Part shown: positions 41,222 through 50,695 of the stretch, in pieces | Numbering within the stretch: position 1 is the first letter of the stretch | Layout of the letters: each line of letters begins with the position of its first letter | IMG/VR virus record: IMGVR_UViG_3300045303_000219 | Span: 1-55,328 of that record | Strand: one strand, 5' to 3' | Origin: a virus | Lineage: Duplodnaviria; Caudoviricetes | DNA: 55,328 nt | Notes under the pieces: generated by a model | Told to the model about the DNA's origin: nothing | The model's database searches: none | What the model saw: the letters and a program-made list of their open reading frames with translations, nothing else | Translations under genes and position numbers: made by a program

Positions 41222-43622
41222 AGCCGCCCTCGTAACTCAATCGCCGTTCGTGTGTTTGCGCCCGTTTGAAATGCGAAACGAAGTCCCGGGCGAGATCGCG
41301 CAGGCGCGCGTCCAGCGCCCGCTGCTCCTCTTCGCCCATGTTCCCGTTCACCGTGATCACCGGCGCGAAATGGACCGCGGTGTGCGCCGCACCGGGTGCA
41401 CCCCCGGCGGCGCCGCGGGACAAAGGCACCACGGCCTCCGGTCCCCTCTCGCCGATAGCGGCAAGGATCGGCTTTGTGACGATGCCCCCGTCCGCCAGCC
41501 CGGCTACGCTTGCCCCCGCCTCTGCCGCCCTCTTCGATTCAAGATAGGCCGCGGTTTTGTATTGCTCGCCAAATCCGTGCCCATAGGAATAGCCTTCGCC
41601 GCGGATGTATTCCCGGTTCCCGACGTTCACGCCCTGATCGGTCATGCCCCGCATCACATTGCGGCCCGCGGCCACTTCGTCGATCATGGCCTTCACCTGT
41701 TCGGAGCGCTGGTCGGAAAGGCCCTTCGCCATCGTCGCCTGCGTTTCGCCCCGGTTATACGGGCCATAAAAGCCGCCCTTGATCATCTGCTCGATGCCCC
41801 CGTATTTGCCCGCGCGTTTGTAGGCGACCGAGCGGTTGACCAAATTTTCGAGCACGTCCTTCTGGCCTTCGGCACCGCTCATCTCGCGCGTCAGCGTCGC
41901 CGAGACGAGGTTGCGCAGCTCGGGCCGTTCCAAATCCTTAATGATGTCGGCCCGCTCGGCGGCGATCGATTTCGTCGCTTCAGCCGAGAGCGGCACCGCG
42001 GGGATGGCTTTCTCTGCACCCGCTACACCGGCGGCGCTGGCGTAGTGCGACGCGATCGCTTCCTGCTCGCCCCCGCCCATCTGCTGGCCGTAGGCGGTCG
42101 CGGCTTCCTTGCCCTCGGAAAACATCTTTTTGATGCCCTCCCACGAAAAACCCTTCATCCACGTCCAGATGCTTTTGATGTCTTCGAACACCCGGAGAAA
42201 ATAATCTTTGAACGCCTGCCCGACCGCCTTCGCTACCTCGATCAGCGTCGTTTTCCACCACTCGGCGATCGCACCCATGTCGGCCCACACCTTTGCCCAC
42301 GCGGTGCCTACGCCCTCCCAGTCGCCGGTGAAGATCGCAATGACCGATTTGAAAATTGCGATCACGAAATCGAAACCGGCTTTAAAGGAAACTTTGAAGC
42401 CCTCGATGAAGTGCTCGATGACCGCCGCGGTGCCCGGGAACATTTGTTTTATGGCGTCCCACTTCGCCCACATGAGTGCGATCGCGGCTACCACGGCCAG
42501 CACCGCGATCACGATGAGGCCGATCGGATTTGCGACCGCGACGATGATCGGGATGATGGTGCCGAGCACGCTTAGGCCCGCGAGGGCCGCGACTATAACC
42601 CCGACCGTAATCGCGATCGCGCCGAAATGATCTTGGCACCATTTCAGAATGTTTTTCATCTGCTGAAAGCGCTCGGTCTTTTGGAATTCGTGCCACCACG
42701 GAATGAGCTGGGTGCGAACGACGTTGCCCAATTTCGTGACCAGCTTGAGCAGCAGCTTCATGCCCGCAATGAGCAGCGGCCCGACTTCCGGCAGCGCCGC
42801 CTTCCACGCATCGGCCAGCTCGGCCTGCGCCGGTAGCAGCTGCTCGCCGATGTCTTGCGCCATGTTTTTGATGGCGTTGCGGAAAAGTTGAATCCGGCCT
42901 TCGGGCGTGTTCCGGGCCTGCTTGTTCACGTCCTTGTAATTGTCCCCGAGGATTTTCATCAGCGCGTGGTAGCGCGCCACTTTGCCGGTCACCTTTGAAA
43001 ACTCCTTGGCCTGCTCCTTCGTGATATCGACGCCCTGCTTTTGTAGCGAGAGCACCTTGCCGCTGGAGACCGCCTTTTTAAACGCGTTGGCCATCGCAAC
43101 CGCATCCTGCTGCGTAGCCGTGACGCCGACCGTAGCGACCAGCAGGTCCGCCATTTTGTCGGTGGTCTCCTGAATATATTTTGACGGGATTTTCGCCCGG
43201 GCGAGAACCACGGCCATATCGTCGAGCAGGTCCTTTTGTAGCACGCCCTGCTCCTCAAGCGCTTGGTTGTGCGCGTAGATGCGCTTGAGTTCCTCTTCCG
43301 CGCCGCCCTTGCCCCGCTTTCGGATCTCGTCCATTTGCCGCAGCGAAACGAGAAGGGACCGGGTGCGCTGGTGCGCCTCGACGGCCTCCTCGGTCGCGGT
43401 GCCGAAAATCTGCTGAAAGATCTTGCCCGCTAGAAATCCGCCGAACACCGCGAACAAGCCGCCGAAGGCGAGCGTCAGCTTTTTAATCACCCCGCCGACG
43501 CGCGACGCTGCCGCCTGTAGGCCCCGGAGGCGTGCGTTCGCGGCTGTCATTGCCCCGCGGAACGTGCCGAGCAGCTTGGCGCCTATAGCGAAGACCGCCG
43601 TGTATTGGCGCTTCGGACCCAC
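41214..43622 (-). CDS. Tape measure protein with C-terminal cell-wall-hydrolase-like domain
   Basis: Long Ala/Gly-rich helical ORF after the chaperone; AAGGAGGT SD; LADGGIVTKP...GERGPEAVVPL motif. Confidence 0.9.
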   Translation of the reverse strand: MGPKRQYTAVFAIGAKLLGTFRGAMTAANARLRGLQAAASRVGGVIKKLTLAFGGLFAVFGGFLAGKIFQQIFGTATEEAVEAHQRTRSLLVSLRQMDEIRKRGKGGAEEELKRIYAHNQALEEQGVLQKDLLDDMAVVLARAKIPSKYIQETTDKMADLLVATVGVTATQQDAVAMANAFKKAVSSGKVLSLQKQGVDITKEQAKEFSKVTGKVARYHALMKILGDNYKDVNKQARNTPEGRIQLFRNAIKNMAQDIGEQLLPAQAELADAWKAALPEVGPLLIAGMKLLLKLVTKLGNVVRTQLIPWWHEFQKTERFQQMKNILKWCQDHFGAIAITVGVIVAALAGLSVLGTIIPIIVAVANPIGLIVIAVLAVVAAIALMWAKWDAIKQMFPGTAAVIEHFIEGFKVSFKAGFDFVIAIFKSVIAIFTGDWEGVGTAWAKVWADMGAIAEWWKTTLIEVAKAVGQAFKDYFLRVFEDIKSIWTWMKGFSWEGIKKMFSEGKEAATAYGQQMGGGEQEAIASHYASAAGVAGAEKAIPAVPLSAEATKSIAAERADIIKDLERPELRNLVSATLTREMSGAEGQKDVLENLVNRSVAYKRAGKYGGIEQMIKGGFYGPYNRGETQATMAKGLSDQRSEQVKAMIDEVAAGRNVMRGMTDQGVNVGNREYIRGEGYSYGHGFGEQYKTAAYLESKRAAEAGASVAGLADGGIVTKPILAAIGERGPEAVVPLSRGAAGGAPGAAHTAVHFAPVITVNGNMGEEEQRALDARLRDLARDFVSHFKRAQTHERRLSYEGGYG

Positions 43623-43629
43623 TAGTGAA

Positions 43630-43835
43630 TCACCTCCTTTTTGCCGCCTGCTCGGCGGCTTCGTTTTCCTCGGCCAGCTGGTCGCTCAAGACCAGCAGGT
43701 ATTTTAGCACCTCGGGAATCGGCAGCCCCATCCAGTAATCGACGCTGCCGCAACCGGCCCGCGCCAAACGCATCGTTAGCGAGCGCAGGAGATCGGTTAT
43801 TGATTCTCCTCTTCCGGCGAGCTGCCACAGGCTTT
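43630..43835 (-). CDS. Tail assembly chaperone -1 frameshift extension (gpT/E'-like)
   Basis: Open -1 frame ...KSLWQLAGRGESITDLLRSLTMRLARAGCGSVDYWMGLPIPEVLKYLLVL...KRR between the chaperone and tape measure genes. Confidence 0.7.
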
Positions 43836-44249
43836 TAGGACTTCTGTCCGCAGCGGTGTGTAAACCCGCCGCGGCAATTTTAGAATTACGCCGAGTGGGA
43901 CGTTCGCCAGATGCGAGGCAATGATGCAGTGATACAGGTGCTTCAGTTCCGGCAGGGGCATCTCGTTTTTTTCGGCCTTGTAGAGGTGCTGAAACTCCCG
44001 CTCCGCACGCTGAAAATCTTTGCCGATCATCGCGTCGAAGTCCAAAATGAGTTCGCGGTATGTCCGCCCGTCGAATTCGACCGGCGGATCGAGCTTCACC
44101 CGTAGCGGGGGCTGCGGTTTCTCAAACGCAAGGTCCCGGTATTGCGGCACGTCGTCCGGCTCGGGGGGCACCGGGTGCGGGCCGGTTTCGTCGTTGTCGG
44201 TGTGCGGGCGTGCGGGTAGTGCTTCCTCTTGTAGTAATGTTCTGTCCAT
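43797..44249 (-). CDS. Tail assembly chaperone
   Basis: VKLDPPVEFDGRTYRELILDFDAMIGKDF; located between tube and tape measure genes. Confidence 0.85.
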   Translation of the reverse strand: MDRTLLQEEALPARPHTDNDETGPHPVPPEPDDVPQYRDLAFEKPQPPLRVKLDPPVEFDGRTYRELILDFDAMIGKDFQRAEREFQHLYKAEKNEMPLPELKHLYHCIIASHLANVPLGVILKLPRRVYTPLRTEVLKACGSSPEEENQ

Positions 44250-44288
44250 AGGTTCTACCTCTTACGGCACGCGCGCACTGGCACGCAA

Positions 44289-44816
44289 TTACAATCCGAT
44301 CAGCTGCCGAATGCGCCGGGCACTATCGACCAGCTGGATGCCGTTAAACCACCGGCACACCGCGTTCTCCTTGTCGATTTCAAACATGATCCGGTCATTG
44401 CGCAGCACCCGGAGGCTGATCAGCTCATATTCGCTCTCGCCTTCGCCCTTCGTGCCGACCTCCAGCTTGCCCAAGTTAAAACTTTTTGGCGCGGTGCCCA
44501 TGATGTAGCGCCAGCCCGCGTGAATGATTCGGTTGGTGCCGGAATCGTGCAGCTGGATCGCGGACCACGCGTCGAGCTGGGCACCGTCTTGGATCGTAGC
44601 GAACACGGCATCGTCGTCGATCGTGAGCCATTTAAGTTTCACACTATACGGCTGGAAGTGCGCCTGAACGGGCATGTCGATCTCACCGAAAATCCCGCTG
44701 CCCTTCAGGGAATCGGTGAGGTTCTGTAGGTTCGGCAATTCTACATCGGCCAGACCGATAAGGCGCCGCCCCTGCAGGAAGATTGAGTAATTCGTGACGT
44801 GATTTGGTATTTGCAT
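44289..44816 (-). CDS. Tail tube protein (P2 FII family)
   Basis: NYSIF..G..LIGLADVELP...GSGIFGEIDMP...EIDKEN...NG. Confidence 0.92.
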   Translation of the reverse strand: MQIPNHVTNYSIFLQGRRLIGLADVELPNLQNLTDSLKGSGIFGEIDMPVQAHFQPYSVKLKWLTIDDDAVFATIQDGAQLDAWSAIQLHDSGTNRIIHAGWRYIMGTAPKSFNLGKLEVGTKGEGESEYELISLRVLRNDRIMFEIDKENAVCRWFNGIQLVDSARRIRQLIGL

Positions 44817-44849
44817 TGGGGTCTCCTGTTGGGTGTTTTCGGGTTGGGT

Positions 44850-46352
44850 TTATGCCGCCGCCGTGGTCTCCTGCCCGGCCCACAAATCCTCCACATACGG
44901 CAGCCAATATTCTATGCGGAAATCGATCCACTCCGCGGGGGTCGGGACCGCGATGTAGACGTGGAAAACGTAATGGCCGTTGAGTAGCTCGGTCGCCGGG
45001 TTTTCATCATGCCGGAATTCACACCGGGCACCGAGTAGCGCTTCGGAATTGCTGAGGCCGTCGAGCCAGAGTTGGATGCTATTCACCACGGCATCGATTA
45101 GGCGCCGGTTCCCGGGCTCGTCTACCTTTTGCCAGATCGTCAGGACGAGGGTGTTGCCGATGAAATCGAACATCCGGCGAACCGAGATGAACATATCTTT
45201 GACGTCGGTGTTGCTCGGGTAGGAGGCCGTCCGGTTGCCCCACGAGCGCCAGCCCCCGATGAAATTGAGGGCCGTGATTACGCCCTGCGAGTTGAGCATG
45301 TTCGCGTCGAGCAGGTGCATCGGCAGCTCGCTACCGTCGGCCAGCAGCAGCGCATTCATGCGCAGCGATTTGTTGCTGGGCGAGTGATACGGCAGGCCGT
45401 TCCCGCGGTAGGCGTCGGTCCACTGCATGAGCGGCCCCTGTTGCGATGCGAAATTATAAACATTCTGCCCGGTCGATCCGACCAGCGCGGGCTTCCCGAA
45501 AAGGCACTGCTGCCGCGGAAAGACGATATTGTTTCCGTTTTTCCACGCGTTCACGGCCTGCGCCGTAGTGACCGCCTCGGTGTCGACATCGATGAGGCAC
45601 GTAGCCACGAAGCAGCCGTTGATGTTTTCGCACTTCGCCTCCATGACCGCGGCGACCATCGGGTCGGACGAGAACTTCGGGCAGATCACGATGCCGGGCA
45701 CTTTGCCGGTCGCCTGAAACACGTCCTCGATCACCTCCAGCCCGGTGCGTGCCCCGGTGCTTTGTTCGATGCCGCCGATGATGTCGGTAGCCGTGAGCGG
45801 CGTCGCACTCGGGATTTTACCCTCAAGCGTCAGCACCGAATCGGGCGCGGCGATCGCGCCGGTAGCGATGCGGGTGATGACCACCTTGTTCGCTTTGGAA
45901 AGCGAGAGCAGGTAATCGGTGCCCTCCACGTAGGTGATCGTCGCCGCTTCATCTTTCACGGCGACCGTCCACATGATCAGCTCTTCAGCCGTGTCGACCT
46001 GCCCGGCGGCGAGCGTGACCTGTTTCGGCGCGAGCGTAGTGGCCCCGGTCTCCGGGTCGTTGACCGCCACGTAGATCACCGGGAACACGCCGAACAAAAC
46101 GAAGGCGGCGTTCATGTGCTCACAGATGTCGTAGGTGTCCCAGTCGGTGGAGTAGCCGAGCACCTGCACGGCGTCCTCGTAGCGGTTAAAAATGAGCGGC
46201 TTGTTGATTGCGTCCTTGCCGCCTTTCGATAGGTGCAGCGGGGCGGCGCCGAAGACGACATTTACGCCGACGTCGGCTTGAACGGGTGCGATGACGCTAG
46301 TGGGCACGTCGGCCCAGCTGACGCCGTGTTTAAATGGTCCGAGGTTTGGCAT
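44850..46352 (-). CDS. Tail sheath protein
   Basis: FKHGV, GAAP, SPSNK, LNSQGVITALNFIGGWRSWGNRT, ISVRRMF and PTPAEWIDF. Confidence 0.95.
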   Translation of the reverse strand: MPNLGPFKHGVSWADVPTSVIAPVQADVGVNVVFGAAPLHLSKGGKDAINKPLIFNRYEDAVQVLGYSTDWDTYDICEHMNAAFVLFGVFPVIYVAVNDPETGATTLAPKQVTLAAGQVDTAEELIMWTVAVKDEAATITYVEGTDYLLSLSKANKVVITRIATGAIAAPDSVLTLEGKIPSATPLTATDIIGGIEQSTGARTGLEVIEDVFQATGKVPGIVICPKFSSDPMVAAVMEAKCENINGCFVATCLIDVDTEAVTTAQAVNAWKNGNNIVFPRQQCLFGKPALVGSTGQNVYNFASQQGPLMQWTDAYRGNGLPYHSPSNKSLRMNALLLADGSELPMHLLDANMLNSQGVITALNFIGGWRSWGNRTASYPSNTDVKDMFISVRRMFDFIGNTLVLTIWQKVDEPGNRRLIDAVVNSIQLWLDGLSNSEALLGARCEFRHDENPATELLNGHYVFHVYIAVPTPAEWIDFRIEYWLPYVEDLWAGQETTAAA

Positions 46353-46689
46353 GATGTGATTCCAGTTGTATGCCCGAGGAGGGCGTTGGGGTTTGTTTTT
46401 GCGTGTGCGCGAGCCATTGCTGGACCGCGCGGTAAAATTCAACGTGTGAGCCGGTCGTGCCCTTCATATTGTGAGCGTAATCAAAGTTGAGTTCCCGGCG
46501 CACCTTCGCGCATTCGGCGACCGGCACAAAGAGCGCACCGAGTGCCGGGCATGCCGCGATCGAATCGTAGAGGTGCGGATGAATCCCGTCGCGGAAGAGC
46601 GCCGCGTAGCCGAGGCCGAGGTGCCGGATGTGCGGCCCCATGTAGATTACGTGGCCCTTGATTCTGTAAGGCTCGTCCTTGTTTTTCAT
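46330..46689 (-). CDS. Hypothetical protein upstream of sheath
   Basis: VIYMGP...LFVPV pattern, typical of the pre-sheath gene. Confidence 0.75.
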   Translation of the reverse strand: MKNKDEPYRIKGHVIYMGPHIRHLGLGYAALFRDGIHPHLYDSIAACPALGALFVPVAECAKVRRELNFDYAHNMKGTTGSHVEFYRAVQQWLAHTQKQTPTPSSGIQLESHHAKPRTI

Positions 46690-47324
46690 GGCGTGGCGTA
46701 GAGGTAAAAGGTCAAATCGGCGCCGCCGTTGGGATTCCAAATTGCCGGGATGGGGCTGCGCTCGGCGTAGTTGCCAGCATGAACGCTGCCCTCGCGAGCC
46801 AAGCTGATATTCGCACCGAAACTGATGCGGCCCATCGTGAGAGCACCCGCAAGGTTCTCGGCGCCGATGCAATAATTTGTCCCGGCTACAAGCTCGAACG
46901 TATCGTCAAAAAGAAACTCAAACAATGCACCGGCGGGGGCTTCGGGAATAAGCTCGGAGTCCATCGGCGCGGACGTGGCAAGGGGTGCGCCTGTCGGGCT
47001 GGAGTTTTGGCCGATGGTGCCGGTCATGTTCCACAGCTGCGCGACGATCTGGACCGGGTCGGTGCCGGTGTTCCGCTTGAGGTAAAATTTCACCGAGTGC
47101 AGCTTGCCGCCCGTAGCCGTGAATGATTGCGCCACCGCCGCGTAACTGCCGCGCATCGCGCACTCTTGATCGTTGTTTTGATTTTCGATCGGGCATGAAT
47201 CGGCCAGCACCGGCTCGCCCGTTCCTTCTTCTTCGTCTGCTGCGGCGCCCCGGTTCACCCAGTCCCAAGCGGGATTAAGTTTTACTAGATGGCTGCCTTT
47301 GGCGTGAAAGATCGGGTCGCTCAT
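46686..47324 (-). CDS. Beta-sandwich (choice-of-anchor R-like) virion-associated protein
   Basis: AVAQSFTA...LHSVKFYL...P...LATS...FEF.F...L.AGT.Y...DLTF. Confidence 0.6.
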   Translation of the reverse strand: MSDPIFHAKGSHLVKLNPAWDWVNRGAAADEEEGTGEPVLADSCPIENQNNDQECAMRGSYAAVAQSFTATGGKLHSVKFYLKRNTGTDPVQIVAQLWNMTGTIGQNSSPTGAPLATSAPMDSELIPEAPAGALFEFLFDDTFELVAGTNYCIGAENLAGALTMGRISFGANISLAREGSVHAGNYAERSPIPAIWNPNGGADLTFYLYATP

Positions 47325-48031
47325 ATTTGTGGCACCGCGTAGGGCGGCGCGCCCGGATAATCGTAATGCGCCCGCAGGTCGATGTGCTCGGCGGGCACGA
47401 TGCCGAACGTTTCGGAATCGGGGAGGGGGCGCCCGCTGGGCAGCTCCCACTGCGTCGTCATTTCGGCGATGAAATGCGGAAAGGTGTCGGCCTCGACCAG
47501 CTTCCACTCGATGGGCATGATGATCGGGTAGGCTTTGTCGATCGCGGCTTGCCCGAAACTTGTCAGCGCGATCCCGATCGCCTCGACCATATTCAGGACG
47601 TCTTGATAGCCGCCGCTCGCCGGGTTTTCATCGTAGGCGCTGACCAGAATGCGCACCGTCACGATCGTGGACGGCGTTTCGACTTTCGCCGCTACGGCCT
47701 GCACGATGATGGCCGGGCAATCCGGCAGCCGATCGACCGCGATCTCCCCGGTCACGGTGCGGGGCACCCGGCCCCGCTCGATCCGGGGCGGCACCTTCAG
47801 GTCGAGCGTTTGTGCGCGCTCGGTGTAATCGAACGGGATCAGCGGCGGGTCCGGCGGTTGCACCGGGTGCGTCGCCTGCGTCGCCTGCCCGAGGTTAAGG
47901 GTCGGGTTGTCGAGGCGGTAGGCGGTGAACAGGCGAAAAAGGAAGCGCTGCAGCGTCACCTCCAAATCGTAAAGCGACTGGGCGCGAATGCCGAAGTCGC
48001 TCGCGGCGGGTGTGACGGGTTCAGGGATCAT
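47321..48031 (-). CDS. Putative tail terminator/completion protein
   Basis: Position upstream of the sheath gene; PAIIVQ...VTVRILV..YD..G.QDVLN...W. Confidence 0.65.
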   Translation of the reverse strand: MIPEPVTPAASDFGIRAQSLYDLEVTLQRFLFRLFTAYRLDNPTLNLGQATQATHPVQPPDPPLIPFDYTERAQTLDLKVPPRIERGRVPRTVTGEIAVDRLPDCPAIIVQAVAAKVETPSTIVTVRILVSAYDENPASGGYQDVLNMVEAIGIALTSFGQAAIDKAYPIIMPIEWKLVEADTFPHFIAEMTTQWELPSGRPLPDSETFGIVPAEHIDLRAHYDYPGAPPYAVPQI

Positions 48032-48180
48032 AGTTTGCCCAGCAGTAGCAGAATAATAATAACCACGAGAATGACCCCGAGCACGCCGCTCGGCCCGTAG
48101 CCCCAGCTGGAACTGTAGCCCCAGCGGGGCACCGCACCGACCAGAAGCAGGATCAAAATGATGACCAGAATCGTGCCCAT
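48028..48180 (-). CDS. DUF3309-family small membrane protein (50 aa)
   Basis: MGTILVIILILLLVGAVPRWGYSSSWGYGPSGVLGVILVVIIILLLLGKL is the DUF3309 signature; missed by the 60-aa ORF cutoff. Confidence 0.88.
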   Translation of the reverse strand: MGTILVIILILLLVGAVPRWGYSSSWGYGPSGVLGVILVVIIILLLLGKL

Positions 48181-48184
48181 AACG

Positions 48185-48346
48185 TCACCACGTCGGCTTT
48201 AAAATTTTGAGGCCGATGATGATGAACAAAATCAAAATCACCAGCTGGTTTGCCCGCGGTGCGTATTGCCACGTGGCCGGTGAAACGAAGGCGCCGATCG
48301 CGACGAGTAGCAGCAGCACCCAATAGAAAATAACCAGCATTGTCAT
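48185..48346 (-). CDS. Small two-TM membrane protein (53 aa)
   Basis: MTMLVIFYWVLLLLVAIGAFVSPATWQYAPRANQLVILILFIIIGLKILKPTW; TAATG-coupled. Confidence 0.75.
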   Translation of the reverse strand: MTMLVIFYWVLLLLVAIGAFVSPATWQYAPRANQLVILILFIIIGLKILKPTW

Positions 48347-48906
48347 TACGTATGCCCTCCCGCGCTTGCCATGACCCGTTTCATCTCGTGATCGAGACGC
48401 TTGGCAAGCGCATCTCCCATCGCCTTATTGGCCGCAGGCCCGACCGCGGGCTGCGTAGCCATTATCGGCGCGCCGATCGTGAGGATTCTCCGAATAGGCA
48501 GGCGCGGTGCCGCACTCCTGCGCTGAAAGGGACCGAGCCCGGAAACGAATCCGCGCTGCACTATGCCGCCGCCGCTACGCTTCACCTGCACGAACAGGGG
48601 CTTTTTGTTTTTGCGGCGCTGCACGCCTTTGGGCCGGTATTTAAACTTGGTGATGTCGAGCATGCCGTCCTTCACCCGGATCGAGCCGTTCAGATTGCCG
48701 AAGGTTGCGCGGTGCACCGTGAGCGGGATGTCCTTCGCCTTGATCAAATATTCCTTCCGAATTTCGCGCTTGACCGTAGTGCGCCCGGTCGCAAGGGCGC
48801 GGTTGATCGCGGGCGCGAGCGCCTTCGGCACGCCCTGCACGATCCCGTCCAGCGCGCGGTGCAGGTTTTTTAACTCCCGGGTGTCGATGTGTAGGGCGAC
48901 CGGCAT
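48346..48906 (-). CDS. Minor tail protein Z-like
   Basis: ALAPAINRAL...IRKEYLIKAKDI...RLPI...RLDHEMKR. Confidence 0.8.
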   Translation of the reverse strand: MPVALHIDTRELKNLHRALDGIVQGVPKALAPAINRALATGRTTVKREIRKEYLIKAKDIPLTVHRATFGNLNGSIRVKDGMLDITKFKYRPKGVQRRKNKKPLFVQVKRSGGGIVQRGFVSGLGPFQRRSAAPRLPIRRILTIGAPIMATQPAVGPAANKAMGDALAKRLDHEMKRVMASAGGHT

Positions 48907-49274
48907 TAGTTCCTCCCGTATGCCCCGGGCTGCGACCGGGTAGCCGATAGCGCCATCTTGTAGCAGCTCTCCTCGTCGGTGACGTCGAGCACCTCCCACG
49001 GTTGGTTGGCGGGCGAATAAATCAGTTCGCCCGCCACGGGCATGCGCGGGAGGTATTTGTGCTCGATGTAGCAAATCACGTCCCCGAGATACACGCCGTG
49101 GATTTTCACCATCGGCATTTGCTTAACCGCCTCGGTGTCCCAAACCACCTCGGCCATAAACAGCTTAAAGCCCCCGTGCCCGTCGGCGATGCGGAACTCC
49201 CGGGTCGTAGCAAACTCGCTCGTGTTGACGAACACGTTTGCCAGATCGGGCGCAAACTGGTCACGGAGGCTCAT
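48906..49274 (-). CDS. Head-tail joining protein
   Basis: MSLRDQFAPDLANVFVNTSEFA, typical of the gene following the capsid gene. Confidence 0.75.
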   Translation of the reverse strand: MSLRDQFAPDLANVFVNTSEFATTREFRIADGHGGFKLFMAEVVWDTEAVKQMPMVKIHGVYLGDVICYIEHKYLPRMPVAGELIYSPANQPWEVLDVTDEESCYKMALSATRSQPGAYGRN

Positions 49275-49277
49275 GCG

Positions 49278-50654
49278 TTATTTTTTGTCGGCTTTGTCGG
49301 CTGCTTTGTCGGCCTTTTTCAGGGCGCTGATGATTTCGTCTTTCCGGGCATCGGAGGCGACATCGACGTTGCGATCGCGCGCAAGGTCGCGCAGTTCCGG
49401 CACGGTGAGGGCGTCGTAATCCGCCTTCACGCTTTCACCGGCGCCGCCGCCGGTCACCTTCGCGCTTTCTTTTGCCGCGGCTTTGCTGGCCTCCTGACCT
49501 TTCTCGGCCAGTTGCGGTTGCACTTCCGGCTCTTCGCTCTCGAAATACGGCTGCGGCGGCGGTGCGTCCTCGCCTTCGCGTGCGAAAGGTCCGACGCCGC
49601 CCGGGAGCGCTTCGATGATGCAGATGGCCAGAATGTCCATCGGCATCGGCAGCGGGCATGATGTGAGCCGGTAGAAAAGCGCGCCGCCTTCTTCGTCACC
49701 GTAGACGAACGGAATCCGGGACGTTTGATACGTCACGAATCGCTTGGCTTTCGCGTCCTCCAGCTGGGTAAAGGCCCCATAAACGATTTTGTTTTGCACG
49801 CTGGTCGAGATCAGCATGACCAAGTCCGGCGGTAGCATCGGGAACAAGGTCCCGGCGTCGTCTTCGAAATATTCCGCGTAGGAATAAAGCTCCAGCCCGG
49901 GCACGGACCCGAACCGCACGACCGAGTCGCTTTGAATCGTCGGCGCGACGAGCCCCAGCTCAAAGCGCCGGTTATCGAGCAGCTCTTTCACCGTAGCGTT
50001 ACGGGTGAACACTGCGGCGGCATTCGTTCCGAAGAGCGCGACGTTCGGGGCGATGCCCGAGCGCTTGATTGTCTCAAGGCGCGCGTTCTGCAGATCGAGT
50101 AGCGGGTCGCTTGCGGCCTGATCCCACTTCGTCGTGATCGGGAAGTGGTTGCTCACGTTTGCCGCGGGCAAACCATACTCCAAGAAGTTGATGACCTGCT
50201 GGTAGCCGTTCTCGGCGGTCACGGTTATTTTTCCGTTGATGAGCACCTCGCGGCACATCCACTCCTCGCGCCGGGTGATCGAATCATCGAGGAAAATGCT
50301 GTCTTCGGCGATAAGGTCCGCGGCCCGGTCGGCCTCCGTGCGCCCGGAATAAACCGTTTCGCCGATGAGACGGGGCTCAAGGTCCGGCGTGCGCAGGGCG
50401 CGCACCGGGGCGATCCGCGGCGCTTTGAAGAAGCGGGTTTCGAAGCCCTGCCGTTCCATTACCTTGCCGCCGACAAGGGGGGCGACGAAGGGCGCCATCT
50501 TCCGGCGGCCACGCCGAAAATCGAATTCGATTGTCGAAGTCGGTGGATAGTCGCGGCCCTTAAAAAAGGTGTCGCGCAGAAATGTGCTGACGATCGGGCC
50601 GGTTTCAAAGGCCTCAAGGAGCGTCCGCGTGCTGTAGTTGGGGTCGGTGATCAT
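49278..50654 (-). CDS. Major capsid protein (lambda gpE family) with C-terminal HeH/Rho-N-like extension
   Basis: FLRDTFF...RRKMAPFVAP...RREEWMC...VYGA...SCPLP; tail YDALTVPELRDLARDRNV...RKDEIISAL. Confidence 0.92.
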   Translation of the reverse strand: MITDPNYSTRTLLEAFETGPIVSTFLRDTFFKGRDYPPTSTIEFDFRRGRRKMAPFVAPLVGGKVMERQGFETRFFKAPRIAPVRALRTPDLEPRLIGETVYSGRTEADRAADLIAEDSIFLDDSITRREEWMCREVLINGKITVTAENGYQQVINFLEYGLPAANVSNHFPITTKWDQAASDPLLDLQNARLETIKRSGIAPNVALFGTNAAAVFTRNATVKELLDNRRFELGLVAPTIQSDSVVRFGSVPGLELYSYAEYFEDDAGTLFPMLPPDLVMLISTSVQNKIVYGAFTQLEDAKAKRFVTYQTSRIPFVYGDEEGGALFYRLTSCPLPMPMDILAICIIEALPGGVGPFAREGEDAPPPQPYFESEEPEVQPQLAEKGQEASKAAAKESAKVTGGGAGESVKADYDALTVPELRDLARDRNVDVASDARKDEIISALKKADKAADKADKK

Positions 50655-50695
50655 GGGATGATTTTCCTTTTTTGTCTGGTTTTGGTTGGTTGCGG

